Notes under the pieces: model-generated
Database searches by the model: none
Told to the model about the DNA's origin: nothing
What the model saw: the letters and a program-made list of their open reading frames with translations, nothing else
Program-made: the position numbers and the translations under genes
Virus record (IMG/VR): IMGVR_UViG_3300017991_000001
Location: 62,001-126,000 of that record
DNA length: 64,000 nucleotides
Reading direction: 5' to 3' (one strand)
Shown here: positions 1 through 8,261 of the stretch, piece by piece
How the letters are laid out: each line of letters begins with the position of its first letter
Position numbering within the stretch: the stretch's first letter is position 1

Positions 1-19
1 TCAACGTCTAGGAGAAACA

Positions 20-598
20 ATGATCGACAACTGGCTGATGATCTGCGTGCCCAGGACGGCGAGCACCTCGCTGTCCAAGATGCTGGGCCTGCGCGTGGAC
101 GGAGGGGCCGGCGAGTATGCCGAGAACCGCTACTTCGGGCACATGCCCGCGTCCATGCTGCGGCCCCGCTTCGGTGAGAAGTGGGACGAGATGTTCACGT
201 TCGGGTTTGTGCGCAACCCGTGGGACCGGCTGGTCAGCATCGCCGCGCGGGTCAACCCGCAGGCGCTGGCGAACAAGGACACGTTCTACGCGTGGATGAC
301 CACGGGCTGCCAGGGGCAGGGCGGCGATACGCCGTTCGCCACCGGCGGCACGCCGATCACGCGGCCGTGCAGCGAGTTCCTGCTGCCGTGCAAGTACGTG
401 GGGAAGTACGAGACGCTGGCCTATGACACGACGGTCATCTGCCGCGCGCTGGGGCTGGAGAAGGTGCCGCAGTGGCGCCACGACGAGCAGTGTGAGCATA
501 AGCCCTATGTGGATTACTACCACCAGGACGCCCGTGAATGGGTGAGGTGGTACTACCACGCGGACATCGTGAACTTCGGGTACCGGTACGGAGGCTGA
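20..598 (+). CDS. Sulfotransferase family 2 protein
   Basis: 5'-PSB-like ICVPRTASTS, GH motif, 3'-PB-like FGFVRNPWDRLVS, C-terminal YYxxD..FGY. Confidence 0.8.
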   Translation: MIDNWLMICVPRTASTSLSKMLGLRVDGGAGEYAENRYFGHMPASMLRPRFGEKWDEMFTFGFVRNPWDRLVSIAARVNPQALANKDTFYAWMTTGCQGQGGDTPFATGGTPITRPCSEFLLPCKYVGKYETLAYDTTVICRALGLEKVPQWRHDEQCEHKPYVDYYHQDAREWVRWYYHADIVNFGYRYGG

Positions 599-599
599 A

Positions 600-944
600 A
601 TGGGGAAGAAGATCGAGCAAGCGACCTGTTGCGGGAGAACCGTTGAGTTCCGGTTTTGTCCCGTGTGCGGCAAGCTGCACAAGGATCAAGACCCTTTGGT
701 GACACTGCACGCGCATTGCCTGAAGTCTTTGCGCGCTCTCGAGACCAGCAAAGAGACCAACCTTGAGACAATCGCGCGAATAGAGGCGCGCGAGAAGGAA
801 GGAAAAGCGTACCCCCAAGATGGTGAAGAGTTGAAGTGGAGGCGAGAACACACGAAGGGCAGTGACCCCATGATAGCCAAGTGGAAGGGATGGGTTGACG
901 CCCTTTCCGAGGTCATCGCGGTCCGTGAGAAGGAGAACGACTAA
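600..944 (+). CDS. Hypothetical protein with CxxC
   Basis: Intact ORF abutting neighbours; FCPVCG. Confidence 0.55.
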   Translation: MGKKIEQATCCGRTVEFRFCPVCGKLHKDQDPLVTLHAHCLKSLRALETSKETNLETIARIEAREKEGKAYPQDGEELKWRREHTKGSDPMIAKWKGWVDALSEVIAVREKEND

Positions 945-1504
945 TGGCGGGAGTCAAATACACGGTCACTGAGGAGTACGACATGCTCACCATCGAGGGT
1001 GAGCCATATTGCGGTAGGCGCAGGATCGTGGCCAACATCCACGAGCCGAACTCCGACAACCCCGTCGTCGAGCTGAAGCACGCGCTCGGGCTCGACGGGG
1101 TCAAGGAGATCCTCAAGCTCGCCCAGCAGCACAAGCACGGCGGCAAGTTCGAGACCCACATCCTGTGGGGCGACAAGATCAAGGGCGGCCCGAACAAGTA
1201 CGAGTTCAACACGCCCGAGGAGCGCGAGGCGTTCCTGGCGGCGATCTCCGAGGGGGACGGCTGGTTGTCCGGGGAGGAGGTCAACCCCGGCGACTACATC
1301 AACTGCGAGTGCGGCGAGGACAGCGAGCCCTTTCACCGTGAAGAGGGCCAGTGCGACCATTGCGGCCAGTTCTACTGCACGGAATGCGGCGCGAAGACGG
1401 AGATGGCCGGCGACGGCTGGGACGGACTGTGCGGCAACTGTGCGGACAGGGCCGATGACGAGGTGGCGGAGACGGACATATTGGAAGGGAGGGACGTGTC
1501 TTGA
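944..1504 (+). CDS. Hypothetical protein with C-terminal Zn-finger-like Cys cluster
   Basis: TAATG overlap; CECG...CDHCGQFYCTECG...CGNC. Confidence 0.65.
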   Translation: MAGVKYTVTEEYDMLTIEGEPYCGRRRIVANIHEPNSDNPVVELKHALGLDGVKEILKLAQQHKHGGKFETHILWGDKIKGGPNKYEFNTPEEREAFLAAISEGDGWLSGEEVNPGDYINCECGEDSEPFHREEGQCDHCGQFYCTECGAKTEMAGDGWDGLCGNCADRADDEVAETDILEGRDVS

Positions 1505-2163
1505 GCGAACCCAGAGCCGACCTGGACGAGTCCCAGCGCCAGATCACGCTGCTGGCGCTGGCCCGGCTGAAGCGTGAGCGCCCGGGCTGGGCTTACGCCA
1601 TCGGCGAGATCGAAGAGAAGCTGGGCGGCCAGCTGAAGTGGCCGCCCTACGAGCCTCACGGGCTCGACACGCAGTCGCAGGTGTTCTTCTACGAGCAGGA
1701 GTTCTACCCCCTGTCGAACTTCTCGGCCTTCTCGGTCAAGTGGCGGGGTGTCCGGTTCGACACTTCCGAGGCCGCGTATCACTACGAGAAGTTCTGCGGA
1801 CCCGGGATGGGGAAGGCGGAGGTTGCCTTGCAGATCGAGGCGGCGTGTTCGGCGCATGAGGCGCTCAAGATCGCGCAGCACTACAAAGCGCGACGCCGTT
1901 CTGACTGGGACGAGGTCAAGGTCGACAAGATGCGCGCGATCCTGCGGGCCAAGTTAGAGCAGCACGAATATGTCCGTCGCAAGCTGCTTGAGACGGGCGA
2001 CCGGGAATTGATCGAGAACTCCTGGCGCGATGACTTCTGGGGTTGGGGGCCCGACTGCGAGGGCCAGAACATGCTTGGCAAGTTGTGGATGGAGCTTCGT
2101 GCTGAGCTTAGGAAGGAGAAGTCCCTGAAAGACGAAGACCTCCCCGACGCCGGGGGGAGTTAG
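1501..2163 (+). CDS. NADAR (YbiA-like) family hydrolase with about 55-aa N-terminal extension
   Basis: LSNF, SEAAYHYEKF, RRSDWDEVK, AKLEQH, LLETGDRELIE, DDFWG, GQNMLGKLWMELR; TTG start overlapping the previous stop. Confidence 0.9.
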   Translation: MSEPRADLDESQRQITLLALARLKRERPGWAYAIGEIEEKLGGQLKWPPYEPHGLDTQSQVFFYEQEFYPLSNFSAFSVKWRGVRFDTSEAAYHYEKFCGPGMGKAEVALQIEAACSAHEALKIAQHYKARRRSDWDEVKVDKMRAILRAKLEQHEYVRRKLLETGDRELIENSWRDDFWGWGPDCEGQNMLGKLWMELRAELRKEKSLKDEDLPDAGGS

Positions 2164-2252
2164 CGCCGAGGAGGTCTGCGGGGCATGCCCCGGTACGACA
2201 TCGAGTGACAGAGCAACGCGTGTGCCACGCGGATTTACCGATTTCAAAGGAC

Positions 2253-2296
2253 TTGGGCGGGCCACGCTGCACAACCGTGTGCAGCTGCCTGCCCAA
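2253..2296 (+). other. Strong intergenic hairpin upstream of an RBS
   Basis: TTGGGCGGGC/GCCTGCCCAA outer stem plus GCTGCACA/TGTGCAGC inner stem, ACCG loop. Confidence 0.5.
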
Positions 2297-2317
2297 TCGT
2301 TGTGCAAGGAGAGGCGG

Positions 2318-2665
2318 ATGGTTCCAAAGACGGTTAAGGATCACGGGCTGGTGAATTGCGTGCAGGTGACGCTGTGCCCGGGCAACGGCACGCAGTACGA
2401 GCTGATCTTCTTCGGTCCGCTCATTGGGTCGTTTGACTTCGGCGCCCTCGGGGCGACCGGCGAGGACGACGCACAATGGTACATGGTCACCTGCAGCATC
2501 GGCAGGCGGACCATGCTGCTGAGAGGCAGGGGCGCGTTGGCGCTGGACTACGTGAAGGAAAAGCTGGGCCTGAAGCACGATGACGACGTCGTGCAGGTCA
2601 CCAAGGGTATCGGCGAGTTCCTGGATCGCCCCTACCAGAAACAGGACGGGACATGGTCGGAGTAG
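2318..2665 (+). CDS. Hypothetical protein
   Basis: AGGAGAGG RBS then ATG; overlaps next gene. Confidence 0.65.
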   Translation: MVPKTVKDHGLVNCVQVTLCPGNGTQYELIFFGPLIGSFDFGALGATGEDDAQWYMVTCSIGRRTMLLRGRGALALDYVKEKLGLKHDDDVVQVTKGIGEFLDRPYQKQDGTWSE

Positions 2666-3120
2666 TCAACTTCACCGGGGCGGACGTGGAGGTGTTCAAC
2701 CGCCACTTCAGGGACCACCGCCTCGGTTTCGAGAGGATGTACCGCCTGCTCAGCTGCTACAAGTGCGGCAGCCCGCTGGGGTATTTCCTGGGCACCAGGG
2801 AGGACAACGACAAGGCGCTCTTCCTGGAGCTGGACTGGTGCCGCACGTTCGGCGGCGCCCACACCCCCAAGAACGGCACCCGCATCAACATCGAGGAGTG
2901 CATGTTCTACGAGGTGGAGAAGTGCCTGTGCGAGGCCTACGGCTCGCGCCCGGCCTTTCGCATCGTGCCCACCCCGATGGCGGGCTTCGCCGCCTTGATG
3001 AACGGCTTCCCCATGACCAAGGCAGCGCTGCTGGAGTTCGACTTGGACGGGTGGGACCTGGGCGAGAAGCTGGATAACCTGAATACGAAAACCGATGCCG
3101 GCATCGAAAAGGAGACGTGA
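2653..3120 (+). CDS. Dispersed member of paralog family A (CxxC/CxC)
   Basis: HFRDH..RMYR..CYKC..PLGYF...CLC...ALLEFDLDGWDL matches the 16.7-21.6 kb array consensus. Confidence 0.7.
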   Translation: MVGVVNFTGADVEVFNRHFRDHRLGFERMYRLLSCYKCGSPLGYFLGTREDNDKALFLELDWCRTFGGAHTPKNGTRINIEECMFYEVEKCLCEAYGSRPAFRIVPTPMAGFAALMNGFPMTKAALLEFDLDGWDLGEKLDNLNTKTDAGIEKET

Positions 3121-3620
3121 TGATCTACGTGGAAGCACCCAAGTATCGCTTGACCGGGAAGCCCAGGACGATCTTCCTGGCCGGGGGCATCACCAACTGC
3201 CCCGACTGGCAGTCTGCCATGGTCGAATCATTGAATCATAAGCACTGCATGTCCGACGTGATCGTGTTCAACCCGCGCCGGGAGAACTTCCCCATCCACG
3301 ACCCCGAGGCGGCCAATGAGCAGATCAAGTGGGAGCACCACTACCTGTACGGCGTGGACGCCGTGGTGTTCTGGTTCGCGCGGGGCTCGCTCAACCCGAT
3401 CGTGCTCTTCGAGTACGGCAAGGAGTTGGGCCGGCGCGACGGCAAGCACCCCAAGCAGTGGAAGAAACTGTTCGTGGGCTGTGACCCCGAATACGAGCGC
3501 GTTGACGACGTGGTCATTCAGACGCGCCTCCACGAGAAGCAGATGGGCGTGGAGCCGATGCCGATATCGAACAGCCTGGACGGCGTCATCGACCGCATCG
3601 TCGACTGGTGCCAGGAATAG
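3120..3620 (+). CDS. Nucleoside 2-deoxyribosyltransferase-like protein
   Basis: IFLAGGITNCPDWQ, FNPRR, QIKWE, VVFWF, PIVLFEYG. Confidence 0.85.
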   Translation: MIYVEAPKYRLTGKPRTIFLAGGITNCPDWQSAMVESLNHKHCMSDVIVFNPRRENFPIHDPEAANEQIKWEHHYLYGVDAVVFWFARGSLNPIVLFEYGKELGRRDGKHPKQWKKLFVGCDPEYERVDDVVIQTRLHEKQMGVEPMPISNSLDGVIDRIVDWCQE

Positions 3621-3624
3621 GACG

Positions 3625-3709
3625 CTTCCCGCGCCGAGCTGCCGCTATACAGGTAAGCGGTGGGTAGGGCAAAATCCTGTGCCGGGTTCGACTCCCCCGG
3701 CGCGGGGAG
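3625..3709 (+). ncRNA. tRNA-like structured element (non-canonical)
   Basis: 12-bp closing stem (one G-U), GGGTTCGACTCCC T-arm-like motif, two internal hairpins; no valid anticodon arm or CCA. Confidence 0.3.
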
Positions 3710-3726
3710 CTTAGAGAGGAGGCGAG

Positions 3727-4008
3727 ATGGCCAAGTACAAAAAGAAACCGGTCGTGGTCGAAGCCGTGCAGCTGAGACACGACACGATCATGGAGGTGGT
3801 CAAGTTCGCGGGTGCCGGGAAGTTGACGGAGGGCAAGCCCGAGATCGCCGCCAACCCCGTGAGCGGGGAGGTGGGCATGCTCATCCCCACGCTCGAGGGC
3901 ACGATGACGGCCAACGAGGGTGACTGGATCATCAGGGGCGTGAAGGGGGAGCTTTACCCCTGCAAGCCCGACGTGTTCGACGCCACGTACGAGCCTGTCG
4001 AAGAGTAG
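3727..4008 (+). CDS. Conserved phage protein (KYxKKPVVVEA / PTLEG / GDWII type)
   Basis: KYKKKPVVVEAVQ...IPTLEGTMTANEGDWIIRGVKGELYPCKPDVF. Confidence 0.8.
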   Translation: MAKYKKKPVVVEAVQLRHDTIMEVVKFAGAGKLTEGKPEIAANPVSGEVGMLIPTLEGTMTANEGDWIIRGVKGELYPCKPDVFDATYEPVEE

Positions 4009-4010
4009 CG

Positions 4011-4475
4011 ATGGGCGACAAGACCCGCGGCACGATGACCGTGCACAGCACGAACGGTGACATCACGATCACCGAGGAGGGCATCCCCGTCAGCCTCTAC
4101 GAGACGTGGCAGATGATGCAGGTGAAGATCCTCTGCTTCGACTTGTGGGAGTACAAGCGCGTCTACGGCAAGCTGGAGGACGAATACGACGTGCTGGACC
4201 TCGGCTACTGGTGGACGACCAGCGACGGGACGCTGGAGTACGAGAAGCCGGACCCGAACTTCCGTGAGGACGTGGCGCCCCCTGGTGAGTGGCTGACGAT
4301 CAAGCAGTTCAACGATGCCTACCTGGGCGGCGACGGCGACGTGCTGTTTATCAGCAAGCTGCGGGGTTGCCTGGACAACAAGAGCATCGTCCAGGTGATC
4401 GACGCGCTCAACAGCGTGTGCCTGCGCTGCTTCAACGGACCCAAGGAGTGCGGGTGTGAAAAGCATGACCCTTAA
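4011..4475 (+). CDS. Hypothetical protein with KQFNDAYLGGD C-terminal domain
   Basis: Shares last about 55 aa with the next gene. Confidence 0.7.
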   Translation: MGDKTRGTMTVHSTNGDITITEEGIPVSLYETWQMMQVKILCFDLWEYKRVYGKLEDEYDVLDLGYWWTTSDGTLEYEKPDPNFREDVAPPGEWLTIKQFNDAYLGGDGDVLFISKLRGCLDNKSIVQVIDALNSVCLRCFNGPKECGCEKHDP

Positions 4476-4959
4476 GCAAGCGAAGAAGATCGTTAAGAAG
4501 TTCAACCCGGGCACGCGCCTGCCGCTGGTCCAGGGCGACTGGTACAGCGACGGCTCCTGCTGGCGGCAGATCATTGAACTGGGCGTGAATGGGCTGGTCT
4601 ACCGATTCAACCACTCCCCACTCGGGGAGCAGTTCGGGATCAAGAAGGAGAGCTTCCTGCGCTGGGCGACGGTGGGCCCGTGCACGCTGGACGAGAGTCG
4701 GTCCTTCGACCTCGCCAGGAAGACCATCGTCGAGGTGACCCAGCGGGAGTACAAGCGCGAGCGGAGAAACTACAGCCGCACGATAAAGCAGTTCAACGAC
4801 GCCTACCTGGGCGGCGACAGGGAGGTGCTGTTCCTGCGCAAGCTGCGGCAGAAGAACGTCGGCAGCGCGGCCATCGCCTGCATGATCGAGGTGATGAACG
4901 AGGTCTGCCTGCACTGCTTCGATAACGGCAAGAAGTGCAACTGCACGAGGGACGAGTGA
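4456..4959 (+). CDS. Hypothetical protein with KQFNDAYLGGD C-terminal domain
   Basis: Shares last about 55 aa with the previous gene. Confidence 0.7.
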   Translation: MKSMTLKQAKKIVKKFNPGTRLPLVQGDWYSDGSCWRQIIELGVNGLVYRFNHSPLGEQFGIKKESFLRWATVGPCTLDESRSFDLARKTIVEVTQREYKRERRNYSRTIKQFNDAYLGGDREVLFLRKLRQKNVGSAAIACMIEVMNEVCLHCFDNGKKCNCTRDE

Positions 4960-5147
4960 TGAAAGAGTTTCTGCGAGAGAACTGGGCGCTGCTTCTTGCG
5001 CCAACGGTGTTGGCTGCCATTTTTGCGTTCCTGCTGATCCAGCCATACTTCGAGATGCAGACGTACAACAAGTTCAAGTCTCCCGACAAACCGGAGGCGA
5101 CGTACTGGGACGCGATGTTCGCCGAGCTGAGGATACAGGACAAATGA
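4959..5147 (+). CDS. Small membrane protein
   Basis: TGATG overlap; hydrophobic WALLLAPTVLAAIFAFLLI. Confidence 0.6.
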   Translation: MKEFLRENWALLLAPTVLAAIFAFLLIQPYFEMQTYNKFKSPDKPEATYWDAMFAELRIQDK

Positions 5148-5485
5148 GAGTGATCACGAAGGCTGCGGAGTTCAGCATCTTCGAGCTATTCATCCACGGC
5201 TTCAGCGTGAACTGCCCGGTGGACGATTACGCGCTCGAGGACATTCTGGACGAGCGGTTGCGCGAGCTGGTCAAGGAGACGGATAGCGTCTTGGAGGTGA
5301 GGGTCGTCTCGCCCGCCGAGAGCGGGCTCAGGCGTTGGTCGGTGCGGTGGCGGGAGCCCGTGCACGAGAAGTGGCAGCGCTGCGAGCACCGCGTCTACAA
5401 GGTCTCCCAGTTCAAGAAGTGGGTGCCCAAGGAGATCGTGGAGGCGATGGAACAAATGGACGAAGAAACAATGGAGGTGCATTAG
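5144..5485 (+). CDS. Hypothetical protein
   Basis: Intact ORF overlapping both neighbours. Confidence 0.6.
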   Translation: MRVITKAAEFSIFELFIHGFSVNCPVDDYALEDILDERLRELVKETDSVLEVRVVSPAESGLRRWSVRWREPVHEKWQRCEHRVYKVSQFKKWVPKEIVEAMEQMDEETMEVH

Positions 5486-5907
5486 TGGTAGAGATTGGCA
5501 ACGCTTTCGATAAGGCAACGAACACGCCCTGCCCGGTCTGCTTGAAGCTGGCCAAGAAGGGCATGATACCGCCGCGCACGGTGATGCCGCTGCCGGAGTT
5601 CCCGGCAAGGCGGCGCGAGACTGACGAGCCATGCTGTGTCGACTGCCAGGCTGCCGACACGGTGATGGCTATTGGTGGACACCCGATGTTCGAGGGGGCG
5701 CGCGTGGCCACGGCCAGCGAGCGCCTTGAGGGGCTGTTGCTGCCGAAAGGCATGATGGAACGGTTTGGCTTGTGCCAGATGGGGCTGCTGAAGCCCTGTT
5801 CCGTGGAGGACCTGGCGAATCACCTGGTCTTCCTGGAACTCAACGAGCTTCCGAACGCGGCCTGCTGTCACCCCGAAGAGGAGTGGGATAACTTTGCCAA
5901 CGCTTGA
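5485..5907 (+). CDS. Hypothetical Cys-rich protein
   Basis: GTG overlapping previous TAG; CPVC and CCVDC. Confidence 0.6.
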   Translation: MVEIGNAFDKATNTPCPVCLKLAKKGMIPPRTVMPLPEFPARRRETDEPCCVDCQAADTVMAIGGHPMFEGARVATASERLEGLLLPKGMMERFGLCQMGLLKPCSVEDLANHLVFLELNELPNAACCHPEEEWDNFANA

Positions 5908-6220
5908 GGGTTTCACGATCAAGGAGTACCACGGCGGCGAGGTGATGGTCAAGAAGGGCGATGACTTCTTCGCCGCCACCAGCGAGGACGACGTGAAGCC
6001 GGGCGCCGAGATCTACGTGATGGGGCTGTTCGGTGAGCGGCGCAAGCTGACGGTCGACGACAGGGTGGGCGATACGGAGACGTGGGCGGCCTACGAGAAC
6101 GCGGAGGAGAAGTCCGGCCTGGGCGCCTTCCTGAAGTGGGCGCCCGACGACAGGGAGTGCTGGGTGGCCAGCTCCCTGTTCAGCGCGGACGGTATCAAGA
6201 GGTTGGAAATCGAGCCGTGA
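5894..6220 (+). CDS. Hypothetical protein
   Basis: TTG start after GAGGAG; intact ORF. Confidence 0.55.
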   Translation: MPTLEGFTIKEYHGGEVMVKKGDDFFAATSEDDVKPGAEIYVMGLFGERRKLTVDDRVGDTETWAAYENAEEKSGLGAFLKWAPDDRECWVASSLFSADGIKRLEIEP

Positions 6221-6999
6221 AGTACACGACCGACCTGCCCCGCGAAGTGCTGATGGACCGTGCCGAGCAGACGCGGCGCCACTACGGGCCGCAGTACACG
6301 GACATCTTCTTCAAGTTCACCTGTGAGAAGTGTGGTGAGCGTTGCACGCTGGAGACGGCCAACCAGCTCCCTGAGAAGGGCGTGTGCCACAAATGCGGTC
6401 ACCATACGGAGATCGTCGAAGGCGGGTTCCTGATCGCCAAGAAGGTGCCGCACGAGAAGGGCAAGCCGCTCGTGCGGCACGTCAACATGAACCACGTGCC
6501 GCGGGTGGTGGACATCCTGGCGGGCACCTGCCCGTTCAGGGCGATCGTGGAGCGCACGGACGCCTATGAGGCCATTTCAGCTTTTGTTGATTTGATGCCT
6601 AAACTGGCTGAAGACGAGAGAGCGGGGAAGCCGTTAAAAGGACACCCACGCACTCATGATGTCATGCGCGACATGCGAGTAAGAGTTTTGATTTTGCTTT
6701 CAGAAGGAAGAAGTAAATGGCTTGCCGCCCTTCTTGTTGCTTACGGCATCGTGTTTGACGAGAGATACGGTCCTACAAATAGGGCAGCTATGCTGGATAA
6801 CTTCAATAGCATCCTGCACTACTTCCCCGTCAAGCTGTTCAACGAGGCGGAGGCGCAGGCGCGCGAGATATACGGCGACCCGGCCCACCCGATCATCCGC
6901 TGCATCAAGCAGGAGCGGTACCGGCGGGCGGGTTTCATCAAGGACTGGGAGTTCCTGCTCGACGACCAGGGCAACCAGGTCATACACGTGGATGAGTGA
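6217..6999 (+). CDS. Hypothetical protein with N-terminal Zn ribbon
   Basis: GTGA overlap; CEKC...CHKC. Confidence 0.6.
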   Translation: MKYTTDLPREVLMDRAEQTRRHYGPQYTDIFFKFTCEKCGERCTLETANQLPEKGVCHKCGHHTEIVEGGFLIAKKVPHEKGKPLVRHVNMNHVPRVVDILAGTCPFRAIVERTDAYEAISAFVDLMPKLAEDERAGKPLKGHPRTHDVMRDMRVRVLILLSEGRSKWLAALLVAYGIVFDERYGPTNRAAMLDNFNSILHYFPVKLFNEAEAQAREIYGDPAHPIIRCIKQERYRRAGFIKDWEFLLDDQGNQVIHVDE

Positions 7000-7490
7000 T
7001 GGCTAAGACGAAGAAAAAGAAAAAGAAGACGGAGAGGCCGGACACCGTCTGGGACAAGCTCCTGGACGACGCCGTGCTGGACGTCGTGGCCGGCGCGAGG
7101 GGCAGGAAGTACAAGGAGGACGCGTACGAGAACATCAACACCGCCGTCATGGACGTGGAGACGGTCGTACGCGACATGTCGCGCAGGCTCAAGGAGCGCA
7201 GCGGGCTGGCGTTGCGGGTGCGCAGGGAGAACGCGTCCAGCACGGACGCGTCCATGCACCTGCTGATCATCGACCCGGAGACACAGGGCATCATCGAGCG
7301 CGCGGCCACCCTGGTGGTCACCGCGAGCGCCATGGGGCAGGTGGCCGTGTACCAGACCGGCGGCCGGTCCTGTGAGAGCATCGCCATCTCGGACATGGAG
7401 AACATCCTGGCCGAGATGCTTCTTTCAGTAGGTTCCCCATTGAGAGAGTTCGTGATATGGAAGCTCAACCAGCAACAGAAGAACGCGTGA
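6999..7490 (+). CDS. Hypothetical protein, paralog of next gene
   Basis: WDKLLDDAVLDVVAG...ILAEML...REFVIWKL. Confidence 0.65.
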   Translation: MAKTKKKKKKTERPDTVWDKLLDDAVLDVVAGARGRKYKEDAYENINTAVMDVETVVRDMSRRLKERSGLALRVRRENASSTDASMHLLIIDPETQGIIERAATLVVTASAMGQVAVYQTGGRSCESIAISDMENILAEMLLSVGSPLREFVIWKLNQQQKNA

Positions 7491-8017
7491 ACGATTACTG
7501 GGACAGGCCCTTCGCCGACCTGATGTTGAGCGTGGTGGCCGGGTTGAAGGGCAAGCGCCCGCGGGTCAAGAAGACCGAGAACTGGAGGTTCAAGGACGAC
7601 ACGCTCAAGCAGTGCGTGGGCGACATCTCCAACCGCCTGTTCAACGAGTGTCAGTGGAGCCTGCGGATGGAGGAGAACATCATGCGCAGGCGCGAGCCGC
7701 CGAACGGCGGCAGCGAGTTCATCGAGGACGGCGTGACGCGGTACAACCTGGTGCTCATCAACGAGTACCTGGCCATCATCAGCACGTTGCTGAGGGTGTC
7801 GTTCAGTGCGGGTGACAACCTGTTCTACATCACCCCGTTTTACTCCAAGCGCAAGACCGTCAAGGCGGAGCTGGGTGCGCTGCCGCAGGTGCTGGCGGAG
7901 ACGCTGATCGGCGAGCACGGTGTGATGAAGGAGTACCTCGTGTGGCGGCTGCAGCGCATGCAGCGCATCCAGAACAGGAAGGATAACCATGAAGATAAAG
8001 CCGGGCAAACTGGGTAA
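7487..8017 (+). CDS. Hypothetical protein, paralog of previous gene
   Basis: WDRPFADLMLSVVAG...VLAETL...KEYLVWRL. Confidence 0.65.
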   Translation: MNDYWDRPFADLMLSVVAGLKGKRPRVKKTENWRFKDDTLKQCVGDISNRLFNECQWSLRMEENIMRRREPPNGGSEFIEDGVTRYNLVLINEYLAIISTLLRVSFSAGDNLFYITPFYSKRKTVKAELGALPQVLAETLIGEHGVMKEYLVWRLQRMQRIQNRKDNHEDKAGQTG

Positions 8018-8261
8018 GACGAAGGCGATCTTCGAGCGCAGGCTTAAGATCCTGTGGCTGTTGACTTACGACGAGACGCGCTGGCGCGTGCCCATGGACG
8101 TGGGCGGCACCGACAGCAGTCATCACAGCAAGGACCTGACCCGGATGGTGAAATTGGGCCTGGTGGACCGCAAGCACTTCCAGGTCGGTTTCTCCGGCGG
8201 GCACTGGCGCTATCGCATCAACGGCGTCGGGCTGATGTTTCTGAGGGCACACAAGAAATGA
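7989..8261 (+). CDS. Small basic protein, possible winged helix
   Basis: Basic; L..MVKLGLVDR...WRYRIN.. G pattern. Confidence 0.45.
   Translation: MKIKPGKLGKTKAIFERRLKILWLLTYDETRWRVPMDVGGTDSSHHSKDLTRMVKLGLVDRKHFQVGFSGGHWRYRINGVGLMFLRAHKK

Noticed and set aside
2235-2296. tRNA-Sec candidate (TTTCAAA followed by a long hairpin)
   Set aside because: Flanks of TTTCAAA do not pair into an anticodon stem; no T-loop, acceptor stem or CCA.
2185-2337. Second UGA read-through ORF (MPRYDIE-TGA-QSNAC...)
   Set aside because: No redox motif or recognisable family after the TGA, and no well-placed SECIS-like hairpin.
3625-3709. Canonical tRNA (e.g. tRNA-Cys)
   Set aside because: No proper D-arm, 7-nt anticodon loop or 5-bp T-stem; kept only as a tRNA-like element.
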